Assembly: GCA_964512925.1 (NCBI GenBank)
Contig: CAZEKH010000006.1
Span: forward strand, 1-51,732
Length of the DNA stretch: 51,732 bases
Reading direction: 5' to 3'
From: an uncultured Candidatus Saccharibacteria bacterium
GTDB taxonomy: Bacteria > Patescibacteriota > Doudnabacteria > UBA920
This document shows positions 1 through 9,792 of the stretch, piece by piece. The notes under the pieces are model-generated. The model searched no databases, was not told the DNA's origin, and worked only from the letters and a program-made list of their open reading frames with translations. Both the position numbers and the translations under genes were made by a program. Every line of letters starts with the position of its first letter. Within the stretch, counting starts at the first letter, position 1.

Positions 1-1490
1 CCACTAAAACCACGATGATGATTGACTTTGCTATGGTGAGTATTGGGTGGGTAGATGCTACTCCTCCCGCTCCTTCCGGAATTACCATATCCGGTGTGCT
101 GTATGATGTTGATGAAAGCACTCCTTATGCCACCTCCACATCCTTAACTTTAGCCGTATCCGGCACGACTGCATACAATACAACTTCTTCAAATGGTAAT
201 TTTAGTTTTACTGCTGTAACTGCCCCGTCCAATGGACATATTTTAACCATATGGCTTAACACCAACGGAGGCGCGCAGGCAAGTATAGTGTTTGACTATG
301 GAGCGTCTTGTAGCGGAGGGAATTGTTCAGGAATAAATTTGTATAAAGACCGGGTAATCATTGATAGTCAAAATTCTTCAGTTTTGTCCAATTCCTTATT
401 GGCAGCCTGTGATAATGATTCTGGGAGCGCTTGCAGCGATACTGACATTGGATTTACTTCTGAGGGAGGCGATCTGACTTTAACCTGGACAACAAACACT
501 TTGCGTTTGCCTAACAGCACTTCCAAATTTGCTCCGGGCGGCACTGTAACAGCCCAGCATTTTTCTCAATCAAATGGCACATTTGACGGAGGTAGTTCAA
601 ACTTGACTTTTAACGGCAACTTTACACTTTCAGGCGGTATAGCCACTTCGACGAGCGCGCTTTTGAGAGTCAGAGGCGACTGGACTAATTCAGCGACTTA
701 TAAACACAACAACGGTATTGTGGAAATTGATCCTTTGACATTTGAGGGGGCGTCAGTGGTTTCGGGTATGACTGCCACAGGGACAAAATCTTTCTATGAT
801 TTAAGAATACTAAAACCCGGGGCAGTGGTGAAATTTATGAGCGGCGAACAAGTATATGTTGATCATAATTTCAGATTTGAAGGCAGTCCGGGAAACCCGA
901 GCAGACTAAGGTCAACCACTCCGGATCAAAAATGGTTTTTATTTGCAGGGAACAATGCCTTGGTAAATTTTGCTTCTGTGAAGGATTCCGGATGTGTTCC
1001 CGGCACTGTTGAAATTTTTAACACCCCGACTGCTTTAAATTTCGGGGGCAATGGACCTTGCTGGCATTTTGTCTTGTTTAGCGCCGGCGGGGGAAGCGCG
1101 GGCGGTCCACAAAATCCAGATGATGATCCGGGAGCGGGTCCTGGTGGAGGCACTGGCCAGGGTGGCGGGGGCCAGGGCGGCGGGGGTTGTCAGGCTCCGG
1201 TTGCTACTGCAGTATTAACCGGCGATGCTGTTACTTCGGTTAATGTTAGTTTTGGTGGAAGTTGTTTTACAAACCCTCCAACAGTTGTTTTTACCGGCGG
1301 CGGTGGAAGCGGAGCGTCAGCTCATACAACGGTCTTAAATGGACATGTTAGCGGGGTAATAGTAGATACTGGCGGCAGCGGATATACAACTCCTCCGCAT
1401 ATTAGTTTTGTCGGCGATAGCGGAGACGGAGGCGGAAGCGGTCAAAGCGGCGGCGGGCAGGGCGGCGGTGGAGGTGAAGCTGCGCCATAA
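1..1490 (+). CDS. Secreted/surface protein, C-terminal part (ORF open to the 5' window edge), with Gly-rich GGGQGGGG tracts
   Basis: ORF 15..1490 has no in-frame stop back to position 3. Composition is S/T/G-rich. The C-terminus has two similar segments (V..V.V..GGS..T.PP.V.F.GGGG). No enzyme motif is recognisable. A hairpin terminator follows. Confidence 0.5.
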   Translation, partial: TKTTMMIDFAMVSIGWVDATPPAPSGITISGVLYDVDESTPYATSTSLTLAVSGTTAYNTTSSNGNFSFTAVTAPSNGHILTIWLNTNGGAQASIVFDYGASCSGGNCSGINLYKDRVIIDSQNSSVLSNSLLAACDNDSGSACSDTDIGFTSEGGDLTLTWTTNTLRLPNSTSKFAPGGTVTAQHFSQSNGTFDGGSSNLTFNGNFTLSGGIATSTSALLRVRGDWTNSATYKHNNGIVEIDPLTFEGASVVSGMTATGTKSFYDLRILKPGAVVKFMSGEQVYVDHNFRFEGSPGNPSRLRSTTPDQKWFLFAGNNALVNFASVKDSGCVPGTVEIFNTPTALNFGGNGPCWHFVLFSAGGGSAGGPQNPDDDPGAGPGGGTGQGGGGQGGGGCQAPVATAVLTGDAVTSVNVSFGGSCFTNPPTVVFTGGGGSGASAHTTVLNGHVSGVIVDTGGSGYTTPPHISFVGDSGDGGGSGQSGGGQGGGGGEAAP

Positions 1491-1499
1491 AGTTTTAAC

Positions 1500-1530
1500 A
1501 AAAAGATGCCAAAAAGGCATCTTTTTGTTA
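1500..1530 (+). terminator. Rho-independent terminator
   Basis: Perfect 11-bp stem aaaaagatgcc / ggcatcttttt with a 5-nt loop; the T-run lies in and after the 3' arm. Confidence 0.7.
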
Positions 1531-1605
1531 AAGTGTGGTATAATATATTAAATGACGGCATAAAAATTTTATATTTTTAAAAATTATTATATCGCAAAAG
1601 GATCA

Positions 1606-2607
1606 ATGAAAGTAAGATTTATTTTATTTTTTTTGTTGGGTGCTAGCATAAGCTTTTTTATTACTAAGTCAATTTATTTAAAACCGGATAAAAAACCGGT
1701 CCAGCAAATTTTACAAAATGGCGATTTTGAAAAAAGAGCGGGACAAAGCCAGTTTGTAAATCCTCTCTTGGAGTGCGGGCAAAATATTAACCAACTAAAA
1801 GAGCTTAGTCCATTTAAAAAGACAATTATTTCTCAGATTGAAGATTTAAAAGCTAAGAATCAAATTAGTGAAATTGCTGTCTATTTCCGCGATTTAAACA
1901 ACGGTCCCTGGTTTGGTATAGATGAGCAAAATACTTTTTCCCCGGCCAGCCTTTTGAAAGTTCCGTTGGCTATCGCGTACTATAAACTGGCAGAAGCTGA
2001 TAGTTCGCTTTTAGATAAGCAATATACTTTTAAAGAAAGTTATGAAGTTCCCAATGTAATTCAGTCTGTTTTGCCATCAGACGGCTTAAAGCTTGGTCAG
2101 GCTTATACCGTGCGGGAACTGATATATAGAATGTTAAAATATTCGGATAACCAAGCCTATGCCGTTTTGGTAGAAAACATAGATTTTAAAGATTTAATTC
2201 ACGTGTATAAGGATTTTGGTATTGATTTGTCAGGAAGCGGCGATACAGAGGAAATTGTCAGCGTTCAAAGTTATTCCGCCTTTTTTCGCATACTTTATAA
2301 CGCCTCTTATTTAAACAAGACGGATTCGGAAATTCTTCTTTCTATTTTGTCGGAATCAAGTTTTCGCTCCGCTTTGGTTGCGGCTGTGCCTGAAAATATA
2401 TTGGTTTCCCATAAATTTGGGGAAAGGGGGGTGCAGGATTCTTCTGACAGGCAATTTAGCGATTGCGGAATAGTTTATTACCCGAGCAATCCTTATTTGA
2501 TCTGTGTTATGACCAAAGGTCAAAATCTAGATCAGCAAATTAAAGCCGTCAAATCAATTTCCGGATTGGTTTATAAGGAAGTTGATGCGCAAAAAAATAA
2601 CAAATAA
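1606..2607 (+). CDS. Class A beta-lactamase-like serine hydrolase (membrane-anchored)
   Basis: N-terminal TM helix. SxxK (ASLLK), SDN (YSDNQAY) and a KxG-type motif (HKFGE) occur in the canonical order. Confidence 0.7.
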   Translation: MKVRFILFFLLGASISFFITKSIYLKPDKKPVQQILQNGDFEKRAGQSQFVNPLLECGQNINQLKELSPFKKTIISQIEDLKAKNQISEIAVYFRDLNNGPWFGIDEQNTFSPASLLKVPLAIAYYKLAEADSSLLDKQYTFKESYEVPNVIQSVLPSDGLKLGQAYTVRELIYRMLKYSDNQAYAVLVENIDFKDLIHVYKDFGIDLSGSGDTEEIVSVQSYSAFFRILYNASYLNKTDSEILLSILSESSFRSALVAAVPENILVSHKFGERGVQDSSDRQFSDCGIVYYPSNPYLICVMTKGQNLDQQIKAVKSISGLVYKEVDAQKNNK

Positions 2608-2622
2608 TTATTTTTAGAATTT

Positions 2623-3567
2623 ATGGCAGGAAAAAAATCTCCAAGCAAATCAAAAAAATCAAAAAAAATCCAACAAGCCGAAATGGTAACCGATCCTTTG
2701 TTGATGGTGGAAAATAAAAATTTGGATTCAACCGAGCAGTCGGGTATCTCTTTTACAGATTTGGATACTGTTTTAGACGATCAGGCTGAGACAGGTCAAA
2801 TTTCCCAGAGTCCTTTACTACTCGCTGCTGAGGAGATTGATTTGCCGGAATTGCCTAAAAACAAAACGGTATTAACTTTAGCGGTCGGGCTGGCTGTTGT
2901 GGCTTTTGTCTCAATGGGAGCGTATTTTGTTTATCCAAAATTTAGCCAGTCAAAAAAAGAACATTCAGCTGAAAGCCAAACCAAAGCCTCGGCCCCTGTC
3001 TCAGAAGAAGAAAAAAATTTGGAAACATTAACAGCCCTGTCTAGGCTGATAGTTTTGCCTGAAGGCGAACAGCCGTTTTTTGCCAGGGTATCTGACGCGT
3101 CTAAACTGAAAGATCAGAATTTTTTTGCCTTGGCGCAAAATGGTGATGCTTTAATTATTTATCAGCAGGCAAAAAAAGCCTTTTTGTTTCGCGACAGTGA
3201 AGGAAAGATTATTGAGGCGGCTCCTTTTATTCAGGATGTGAAGTCGCAGGATTCTCGGGTTTTGGGCGCAAAAAGCGCTAAAGAGTCGGTTAAAAAAATT
3301 AGTGTGGAAATTCGCAATGGTAGCGGTAAAACCGGCGAAGCCACCAAAGCCAAAGAAAAAATCGCCGGTTTAAACGGGATTGGAGACATAAAAACCGGAA
3401 ACGGACTGGATTTGACTGGGGACAATCTTATCATTTTTAAAAATCCTGCCAATGCGGAAATTGCTCAGCAAATTTTACAGCTGATCTCGGGGAGAATTGC
3501 GCCTGACCTGCCTGTAGGAGAGAAACAATTTGGCTCAGATATCCTGATCATTCTTGGGAAAAAATAA
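2623..3567 (+). CDS. LytR_C (cell-envelope-related transcriptional attenuator C-terminal) domain membrane protein
   Basis: Lys-rich N-terminus and a single TM (LTLAVGLAVVAFVSMGAYFV). The C-terminal ISVEIRNGSGKTGEA...IILGKK segment is typical of the LytR_C domain. Confidence 0.65.
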   Translation: MAGKKSPSKSKKSKKIQQAEMVTDPLLMVENKNLDSTEQSGISFTDLDTVLDDQAETGQISQSPLLLAAEEIDLPELPKNKTVLTLAVGLAVVAFVSMGAYFVYPKFSQSKKEHSAESQTKASAPVSEEEKNLETLTALSRLIVLPEGEQPFFARVSDASKLKDQNFFALAQNGDALIIYQQAKKAFLFRDSEGKIIEAAPFIQDVKSQDSRVLGAKSAKESVKKISVEIRNGSGKTGEATKAKEKIAGLNGIGDIKTGNGLDLTGDNLIIFKNPANAEIAQQILQLISGRIAPDLPVGEKQFGSDILIILGKK

Positions 3568-3630
3568 TATTTCGCCCCGATGCTCATCGGGGCGATTTTG
3601 TTGTATAATATAGGGGCAAGATTATATAAA

Positions 3631-4923
3631 ATGAAAATAAAATTTTTAAAAAAATATCCAATTTATCTTTTTATTATCGGGATCATTTTTCCCTATTTAG
3701 CAGTTGCCACGGATTACTCGTCCAGCGGTTTTAAGGTGAAAGATCCGGTCATCTCCCAGGGTTCAAAAAACGCTTCCTCTTCTTCTTTTCAGCTTAACCA
3801 GTCTATTTCCCAGTCAGCTATCGGTCAGTCAACCTCCACCAGTTTCCAGCTGTTTTCCGGTTTTCAATATTTTTTTAAAGCTGGTTCCAGCGTGTTGTCG
3901 GCTACAGGCGGGGACAGCCAGGTTAGTCTCTCGTGGACGCTTCCGCAGACTTTCAGCGGAACAGTTATTGGCAACTATGAGCTCGGGGTTGGGACTTCTT
4001 CGGGGAATTTAACATACCAAAATGTCGGCAATGTTTTAAACTTTGTTAAAACCGGACTTTCAAATGGTACCCAATATTTTTTTGCGGTGAGAGCCAGGTC
4101 GCCCGGGGGATTGGTTCTTTCTTATTCCAGCGAAGTTAGTTCAACTCCCCAGGCTGCCTCAACTCCAAGTCAGTCAGGCGGAGGAGGTGGGGCAGCTTTT
4201 TTCGGCAGCGCGGAAATTCAAGGTTTGACAGCGCCGGATTCTAAAGTTTTTATTTTAAAAAACAGCATAATAATTTCAGAAACCAAATCCGACGCTTTAG
4301 GCGGATTTGGTTTCAGTTTAAAGGATCAGCCAGCGGGTCAATATACTTATGCTTTATATTTCGAAGATCCTGACGGCTACAAATCAGCCCTTTTAAATAT
4401 CTTTTTAGACATCACAAAAAATCAAACCTTGAAACTTTCCGGGATTTTATTGCCGCCGACATTAAATGCGGATAAATCGGTTGTAAAAACAGGGGAGAAT
4501 ATTGAGTTTTTCGGATATGGTCCGAAAAGTTCGGGTATTGGGCTTTTGCTTGAAGATCAAAACGGCAAACAGCAGGATTTGTCAGCTTTTACTCAGAGTA
4601 CCGGAAAATTTAAGTTTGATTTTAAAGCAGGAGTAGTTAAAATGTCTTTTAAAGCAAAAGCCAAAGCTGTTATAGGCGGCAGATCCAGCATTTTCAGCCC
4701 AACTGTTTTTTTTGATGTTGGTGATGAAAATAAATCCGCAGATACGGGTATTTGTCCGCAGAAAGGGGATTTAAATTCCGATTGTAAGGTGAATCTGGTG
4801 GATTTTTCCATCCTTGCGTATTGGTTTGAAAAGGAAAATCCCACCAAAAGCGCGGATTTTAATGGCGACGGAATAGTGGACCTGGTGGATTTTTCCATTC
4901 TGGCATTTTTTTGGACAGGTTAG
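3631..4923 (+). CDS. Surface protein with an Fn3 domain and a C-terminal type-I dockerin-like pair
   Basis: Start refined to ATG 3631 (MKIKFLKKYP + TM). Fn3-like segment: SQVSLSWT...GTQYFFAVRA. Two dockerin Ca-binding repeats: DLNSDCKVNLVDFSIL and DFNGDGIVDLVDFSIL. Confidence 0.7.
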   Translation: MKIKFLKKYPIYLFIIGIIFPYLAVATDYSSSGFKVKDPVISQGSKNASSSSFQLNQSISQSAIGQSTSTSFQLFSGFQYFFKAGSSVLSATGGDSQVSLSWTLPQTFSGTVIGNYELGVGTSSGNLTYQNVGNVLNFVKTGLSNGTQYFFAVRARSPGGLVLSYSSEVSSTPQAASTPSQSGGGGGAAFFGSAEIQGLTAPDSKVFILKNSIIISETKSDALGGFGFSLKDQPAGQYTYALYFEDPDGYKSALLNIFLDITKNQTLKLSGILLPPTLNADKSVVKTGENIEFFGYGPKSSGIGLLLEDQNGKQQDLSAFTQSTGKFKFDFKAGVVKMSFKAKAKAVIGGRSSIFSPTVFFDVGDENKSADTGICPQKGDLNSDCKVNLVDFSILAYWFEKENPTKSADFNGDGIVDLVDFSILAFFWTG

Positions 4924-4977
4924 AAATAAAATGCCTTTAGAGTGTTTATTTTTTGTTTGTAAACTAAAAAAATATTT

Positions 4978-5886
4978 ATGGCAAAAATCGGGAAATATAT
5001 AATTTTATGGCAGGCAGGTTTTTTTGCATTTGCGATTTTATTTTTACCTGCCACAGTTCGGGCAGGAATAGAAATTAAAACCGATGCCGAAGTTTATTTA
5101 AACGAAGATTTCAGTCTCAGTGTGTTGTTTAAAGAAGATCAGATATCCGCCAACGGGGTTTCAGGGGAAATATGGTTTCAGCCAAAGACTTTTGCTTTAA
5201 AAAGCATCAGTGACGGAGGTTCTGCGGTAAGTTTATGGCTACAGCAGCCAAAAGAGCAGGGAGAGAAGGTTGTTTTTTCCGGGATCACGCCAGGGGGGAT
5301 TGTAACCGGCAAATTGTTTAATCTCAAATTTTTAGCCAAACAGGAAGGGGATTTTTTTATAAGTCTAAAAAATTCTCAGGTTTTTTTAAACGATGGTTCA
5401 GGCAAAAAAAATCAGATTATGGAGCAAACGGTAAAAATCCACGTTTTACCTCCTGTAAATGCGATTAAAAGCGTTAAAGAACCAAGTTTGGAAGAAGCGG
5501 ATACGGTACCGCCTGAAAACTTTTCCGTGAATATATCCAGAAATGAAAATATTTTTCAAAATCAATGGTTTGCGGCTTTTTCAGCAACCGACGGCCAAAG
5601 CGGAGTGTATAAATACGAAGCTCTGGAAAGTTTATCGCACAAGATGCCTGATGGAGGATTTGTAGAAGTAAAAAGCCCATATGTGCTAAAAGACCAAAGC
5701 AGAAAAAGCTATATTTTTTTTAAAGTTTATGACAGAGCCGGGAATTTTTCTTTACAAACTGTCTCGCCGCAAACGGTAGAAAAAAATGAGTTGTTTGGCA
5801 TAATAAAATATGTTATAATATTTGTTGTTATCTTGGTGATATTGAGTGTTTGGCGTAAGAAACAAAATGCAAAAGAAAAACAGTAA
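4978..5886 (+). CDS. Cohesin-like domain protein with a C-terminal TM anchor
   Basis: Signal peptide (..ATVRA/G), then a cohesin-like beta-sandwich segment (FSLSVLF..ANGVSGEIWF..SGITPGG..FNLKFLAKQEG). C-terminal TM IIKYVIIFVVILVILSVW followed by a basic tail. Confidence 0.55.
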   Translation: MAKIGKYIILWQAGFFAFAILFLPATVRAGIEIKTDAEVYLNEDFSLSVLFKEDQISANGVSGEIWFQPKTFALKSISDGGSAVSLWLQQPKEQGEKVVFSGITPGGIVTGKLFNLKFLAKQEGDFFISLKNSQVFLNDGSGKKNQIMEQTVKIHVLPPVNAIKSVKEPSLEEADTVPPENFSVNISRNENIFQNQWFAAFSATDGQSGVYKYEALESLSHKMPDGGFVEVKSPYVLKDQSRKSYIFFKVYDRAGNFSLQTVSPQTVEKNELFGIIKYVIIFVVILVILSVWRKKQNAKEKQ

Positions 5887-7903
5887 AAAAATAAGGTTTT
5901 TTTGTCGCGCGGTTTTAGGTTTGAGCTTGATGCTCGCAGCTTTTTTTGCATATGTTTCAAAATCGCAAGCCGCAACTTTGTCAGTATCGCCTACCAGCGG
6001 ACAGTTTACGGTTGGTAGCACTTTTGAAGTGTCTCTATATTTAAATTCAGAAGACCAGCAAGTAAATGCTATAGAAGCCTCTTTAGGTTTTCCGCCGGAT
6101 ATGCTGCAGCTCGTTTCGCCTTCCACCGGTAAATCCGTGATTGGGGTTTGGACTGCGCAACCTTCGGTTAACAACCAGACCGGTCGGATAGATTTTCAAG
6201 GCGGCATACCGGGCGGTATCAAAGTTTCCAGCGGGCTCGTTACTACCCTGTCTTTCAGGGTTAAAGCGGTTGGCAGGGCAACAGTGAAGTTTTTAGACAA
6301 TTCCAAAGTGCTTTTGCACGACGGCAAGGGCACCAATATACTTTCCAACACTGCCAATGGAGTGTTTGATTTGGTTTTGCCGCCCCCGGCTGGGCCTTTG
6401 GTGGTTTCAGAAACTCATCCTAACCAGTCTTTGTGGTATAAGTCTAAAAATGTGGTTTTTTCCTGGGCTGGCGATGACAATGTTGAAGGGTATAGCTATA
6501 TTTTAAACACCGACCCGGCAGATATACCAGACGACACAGTGGATAGTAAAAAAACATCGGTTGTTTACAGGCAGATAGAAGACGGGCAGAATTATTTTCA
6601 TATCAAAGCTCTGCGTAAAGGCAGTTGGGGTGGCACTACGCATTTTGCCGTAAAAACAGATTCTGCGGCGCCGGCTGACTTTCCCATAAAAATCATCCCT
6701 TCAGCGAGGACAACCAGAAAGCAGCCAATTTTTGAATTTGCTTCAACTGACAGGGACAGCGGCATCAATCATTATGAAATGAAGCTGGTGGATTTAAACC
6801 CTACCAGCAAGGCTGCGCCGTTGTTTGTAGAAGTTAACAGTCCTTATGTAACTTCAGAATTGGGCTTGGGTAAATACGCGGTGATAATTAGAGCTTATGA
6901 CAATGCTGGTAACTACGTAGATGTTGCCAAAGATTTTCAAATAGTAACCAGCGCTTTGGAGTTTGTCAGCGGTCAGGGTCTTCAGCTCACAAGTTCTTTT
7001 ACCGTTCCTTGGCGATGGTTCTGGCCTCCGGTTCTGGTGGTTTTGATCAATATGCTATATTTTGGTTGGAAGCTTAGGAAATGGCATTTAGGAGTAGAGC
7101 AAAAGCGCAAAGACAGGCATTTGCCGGACAATTTGAAAGTTCAGCTGGAAGAACTGAAAAAATATCGGGAGAAATTTGGTTCTTTAGTTCTGATGTTGGC
7201 TTTATCAGGGACAATATTTTTTAGTTTTCTGTTTACGGGCGTTGCCAAGGCGGATACTTTGACTGTGCCGTCAGTGTCCGTATTTTCCCGAGAGATTTCC
7301 AACCAGGAGATTTTCTATGCCGGTGGCAGGGTTGAAATACCTGAAACTGAAGTGATAGTTTATTTGCAAAATAAAGAAACTGGAGAAACTTTCAGTCATA
7401 CAGTTGTGTCTGACAAAAAAGGCGAGTGGTTTTATCGGCATTCTTCACTCTTGCCCAGAGGTAAATATTCAGTTTGGGTTCAAGCCAAACTTTTAGGCGA
7501 AACCAGTTCACCGGGGCCGGAACACCAGCTGGAAGTTAGTAAATCCGCGCTGCAGTTCGGTAGCAGTCGGTTAAGTTATGATTTCATTTACGTGGTATTG
7601 ATTTTGGTTCTTTTGTGCATACTTTTGGCATTGGTTTTATATTCAATTTATAATTTGGTGCAAGGTAGAAAAAAGCACAAGCTTTTGAAAGAGGAGATAC
7701 AACAAGCTGAAGAGTCTATTAAGAGAGGGTTTGCGGTTTTAAGGAGAGATCTGCAGGCAGAGCTGGAGCTTTTAAAAAAGTCTAAGATAGGGAAAAAGTT
7801 AACCGAGGAAGAAAAGAAAAAAGAGCAAATATTGCTTCAGGATTTGGCTGATACGGAGGCTTATGTGGAGAAAGAGCTATGGCAGATTGAACATATGGGG
7901 TAA
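5867..7903 (+). CDS. Cohesin-like domain protein, multi-TM, with a C-terminal coiled-coil tail
   Basis: ATG 5867 is preferred over GTG 5846 and overlaps the upstream stop. Signal peptide ..SKSQA/ATL. Cohesin-like segment ATLSVSPTSGQFTVGSTFEVSLYL..IDFQGGIPGG..LSFRVKAVG. Three hydrophobic segments and a Lys/Glu-rich tail. Confidence 0.6.
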   Translation: MQKKNSKKIRFFCRAVLGLSLMLAAFFAYVSKSQAATLSVSPTSGQFTVGSTFEVSLYLNSEDQQVNAIEASLGFPPDMLQLVSPSTGKSVIGVWTAQPSVNNQTGRIDFQGGIPGGIKVSSGLVTTLSFRVKAVGRATVKFLDNSKVLLHDGKGTNILSNTANGVFDLVLPPPAGPLVVSETHPNQSLWYKSKNVVFSWAGDDNVEGYSYILNTDPADIPDDTVDSKKTSVVYRQIEDGQNYFHIKALRKGSWGGTTHFAVKTDSAAPADFPIKIIPSARTTRKQPIFEFASTDRDSGINHYEMKLVDLNPTSKAAPLFVEVNSPYVTSELGLGKYAVIIRAYDNAGNYVDVAKDFQIVTSALEFVSGQGLQLTSSFTVPWRWFWPPVLVVLINMLYFGWKLRKWHLGVEQKRKDRHLPDNLKVQLEELKKYREKFGSLVLMLALSGTIFFSFLFTGVAKADTLTVPSVSVFSREISNQEIFYAGGRVEIPETEVIVYLQNKETGETFSHTVVSDKKGEWFYRHSSLLPRGKYSVWVQAKLLGETSSPGPEHQLEVSKSALQFGSSRLSYDFIYVVLILVLLCILLALVLYSIYNLVQGRKKHKLLKEEIQQAEESIKRGFAVLRRDLQAELELLKKSKIGKKLTEEEKKKEQILLQDLADTEAYVEKELWQIEHMG

Positions 7904-7960
7904 AGTATTTGACTTTACTTTGGTTTTTGGTTGTGGTATAGTGTTTTTACAAATTAAATA

Positions 7961-8116
7961 GCTTATCCAGACTCTGCTTTTTTAAGCAGAGGGCAACCTA
8001 TCCTAAATAACCTTGGACAAGGTGCCGATCCAGACCCTCACCCTAACCCTCTCCCATCCTCCTTCATCAAGATTTCGGAGGACAAGGAGGGAGAGGGAAA
8101 AAGTCGGAGATAAGAG
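7961..8116 (+). promoter_or_regulatory. SAM-I-clan riboswitch (SAM-I/IV-like, simplified P2) in the metK leader
   Basis: P1 is CTTATC(7962-7967)/GATAAG(8109-8114). J1/2 is CAGA. P2 is the hairpin CTCTGC-ttttttaa-GCAGAG. P3 is GGCAACC...GGTGCC. J3/4 is GATCC. A long P4 hairpin follows. It sits directly upstream of metK. A possible extended -10 (TGgTATAGT) lies at 7934-7942. Confidence 0.65.
8035..8100. repeat. G/C-rich palindromic element copy (composite) forming riboswitch stem P4
   Basis: The sequence is cctcaccctaaCCCTCTCCcatCCTCCttcatcaagatttcGGAGGacaaGGAGGGAGAGGG. It contains both the CCCTCTCC/GGAGAGGG and the GGAGGACAA (reverse complement of TTGTCCTCC) signatures seen elsewhere. Confidence 0.7.
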
Positions 8117-8179
8117 AAAGGGTTTATTTTATTGCATAAATTTAATTTTTAAAGAGTAATAAAAATAATTTAGATTCTT

Positions 8180-9397
8180 ATGAAGAAACAATTAAAAATT
8201 GTTAAAAAAACAGAAATTAAAAACCCTGGCAGAAGTTTTGTGTTTACTTCCGAATCGGTGACAGAAGGTCATCCGGATAAGATTTGTGACCAGCTGTCAG
8301 ACGCTATCTATGACGAGATGCTTAAAAAAGACCCGAAGGCTCACGCGGGTATAGAATGTTTTTGCACCACGGGTCTGGTGGTGGTGGGAGGGGAAGCTCG
8401 GACCAAAGCCTATGTGGACATCCAGGAAGTGGTTAGAAGAACTTTAAAACGGATTGGCTATGACAAGCCGGAAATCGGTTTTTGTTATAGCGATGTGGGA
8501 GTTTTGTCTACCCTGCACGAACAGTCGCCGGATATTGCGCAAGGAGTAGACGAAGGCAAAGGGGAATTTCAGGAGCAGGGAGCCGGGGACCAGGGACTGA
8601 TGTTCGGTTTTGCCTGCGACGAAACCAAAGAACTGATGCCTTTGCCTATTTCTTTGGCGCATAAACTTACCCGGAAACTTTCCGAGGTCAGGAAATCCGG
8701 CAAGCTGCCTTACCTTAGGCCGGACGGCAAAAGCCAGGTTAGCGTCCAGTATTTAAACGGCAAGCCAATAAAAGTTACGGCTGTGGTGATTGCCGCGCAT
8801 CATAGCGAGCTGATAGAAATGGAAAAACTTCGCGCGGATGTCAAAAGGCTGGTTATAGAGCCGGTTTTGGGCAAGCTACTCAAAAAAGATACGGAAATTT
8901 TTATTAATTCCACCGGAAAGTTTGTCATCGGCGGGCCGCCGGCGGACGCGGGACTGACTGGCCGAAAAATCATTGTTGACACTTACGGCGGGTATGCGCC
9001 ACACGGCGGCGGGGCTTTTTCCGGCAAATGCGTAACCAAAGTGGATAGGTCTGCTTCATATGCCGCCAGGTACATTGCCAAAAATGTAGTGGCCTCGGGT
9101 TTGGCGAAAAAATGCCTGGTGCAGCTGGCTTACTCTATCGGCGTGGCAAAGCCGGTTTCGGTAATGGTTGACACTTATGGCACGGGCAAAATTTCTGACA
9201 GCCGTTTGGAAAGCATAGTAACTGAGATTTTCCCTATTAAGCCTGCAGACATCATAAAAAAGCTGAACCTTGAACGCCCGATTTACGAACAGACCGCGGC
9301 TTATGGCCATTTTGGTAGGACAGATATCAAACTACCTTGGGAAAAGACCGATAAAATTAAGCTGTTAAAAAAACTTTCAAAATCCCGAGTTATTTGA
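8180..9397 (+). CDS. metK: S-adenosylmethionine synthetase
   Basis: [55 protein letters not shown] and GGGAFSGK motifs are present; length is 405 aa. Confidence 0.95.
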   Translation: MKKQLKIVKKTEIKNPGRSFVFTSESVTEGHPDKICDQLSDAIYDEMLKKDPKAHAGIECFCTTGLVVVGGEARTKAYVDIQEVVRRTLKRIGYDKPEIGFCYSDVGVLSTLHEQSPDIAQGVDEGKGEFQEQGAGDQGLMFGFACDETKELMPLPISLAHKLTRKLSEVRKSGKLPYLRPDGKSQVSVQYLNGKPIKVTAVVIAAHHSELIEMEKLRADVKRLVIEPVLGKLLKKDTEIFINSTGKFVIGGPPADAGLTGRKIIVDTYGGYAPHGGGAFSGKCVTKVDRSASYAARYIAKNVVASGLAKKCLVQLAYSIGVAKPVSVMVDTYGTGKISDSRLESIVTEIFPIKPADIIKKLNLERPIYEQTAAYGHFGRTDIKLPWEKTDKIKLLKKLSKSRVI

Positions 9398-9414
9398 GGT
9401 AATATTACATATTT

Positions 9415-9455
9415 AACCCTGCCTTGATCCATATCCGGGCGGGGTTTTGTTTTTG
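9415..9455 (+). terminator. Probable intrinsic terminator after metK
   Basis: The stem aaccctgcc/ggcggggtt has one G.T pair and a 14-nt loop, followed by ttgttttt. Confidence 0.5.
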
Positions 9456-9479
9456 GGAAAAAATGGGGTAAAATTAGTT

Positions 9480-9788
9480 ATGATCAATTTTGAACATTCC
9501 TTTTTTCCCGAAAAGCCAGACCAAGAACTTACTCTGGACGACTTGCTATCACAATTAGCTCATTTTAAAAGGCTTAGGAATGACGCAGTATATGCTTTAG
9601 AAAATTTTGTAAAAACATTAAACAGAAATTTGGAAAATTGGACTGACGACTTACCGCCAAGATTGCAACCAGTCCAACAAGCTTTAGTAGACACTCAGGA
9701 ACAAACCATAAAGGGGTATGATGCTGTCATAAGCAACATTGAAACACAAATTGAACAAATCAAGAAACAACAACCAACAGTAAATTAG
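9480..9788 (+). CDS. Hypothetical small helical protein
   Basis: ORF only. The start was moved to ATG 9480 because TTG 9447 lies inside the terminator. No motif is recognised. Confidence 0.4.
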   Translation: MINFEHSFFPEKPDQELTLDDLLSQLAHFKRLRNDAVYALENFVKTLNRNLENWTDDLPPRLQPVQQALVDTQEQTIKGYDAVISNIETQIEQIKKQQPTVN

Positions 9789-9792
9789 ATTT

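Noticed and set aside
1080-1490. GGC/GGN-rich repetitive DNA as a noncoding repeat element
   Set aside because: It lies within an open reading frame and encodes Gly-rich linkers between two structured repeats. It is coding low complexity.
5752-6174. 140-aa minus-strand ORF spanning the junction of the two cohesin genes
   Set aside because: It is antisense to two plus-strand CDSs that have signal peptides and domain signatures.
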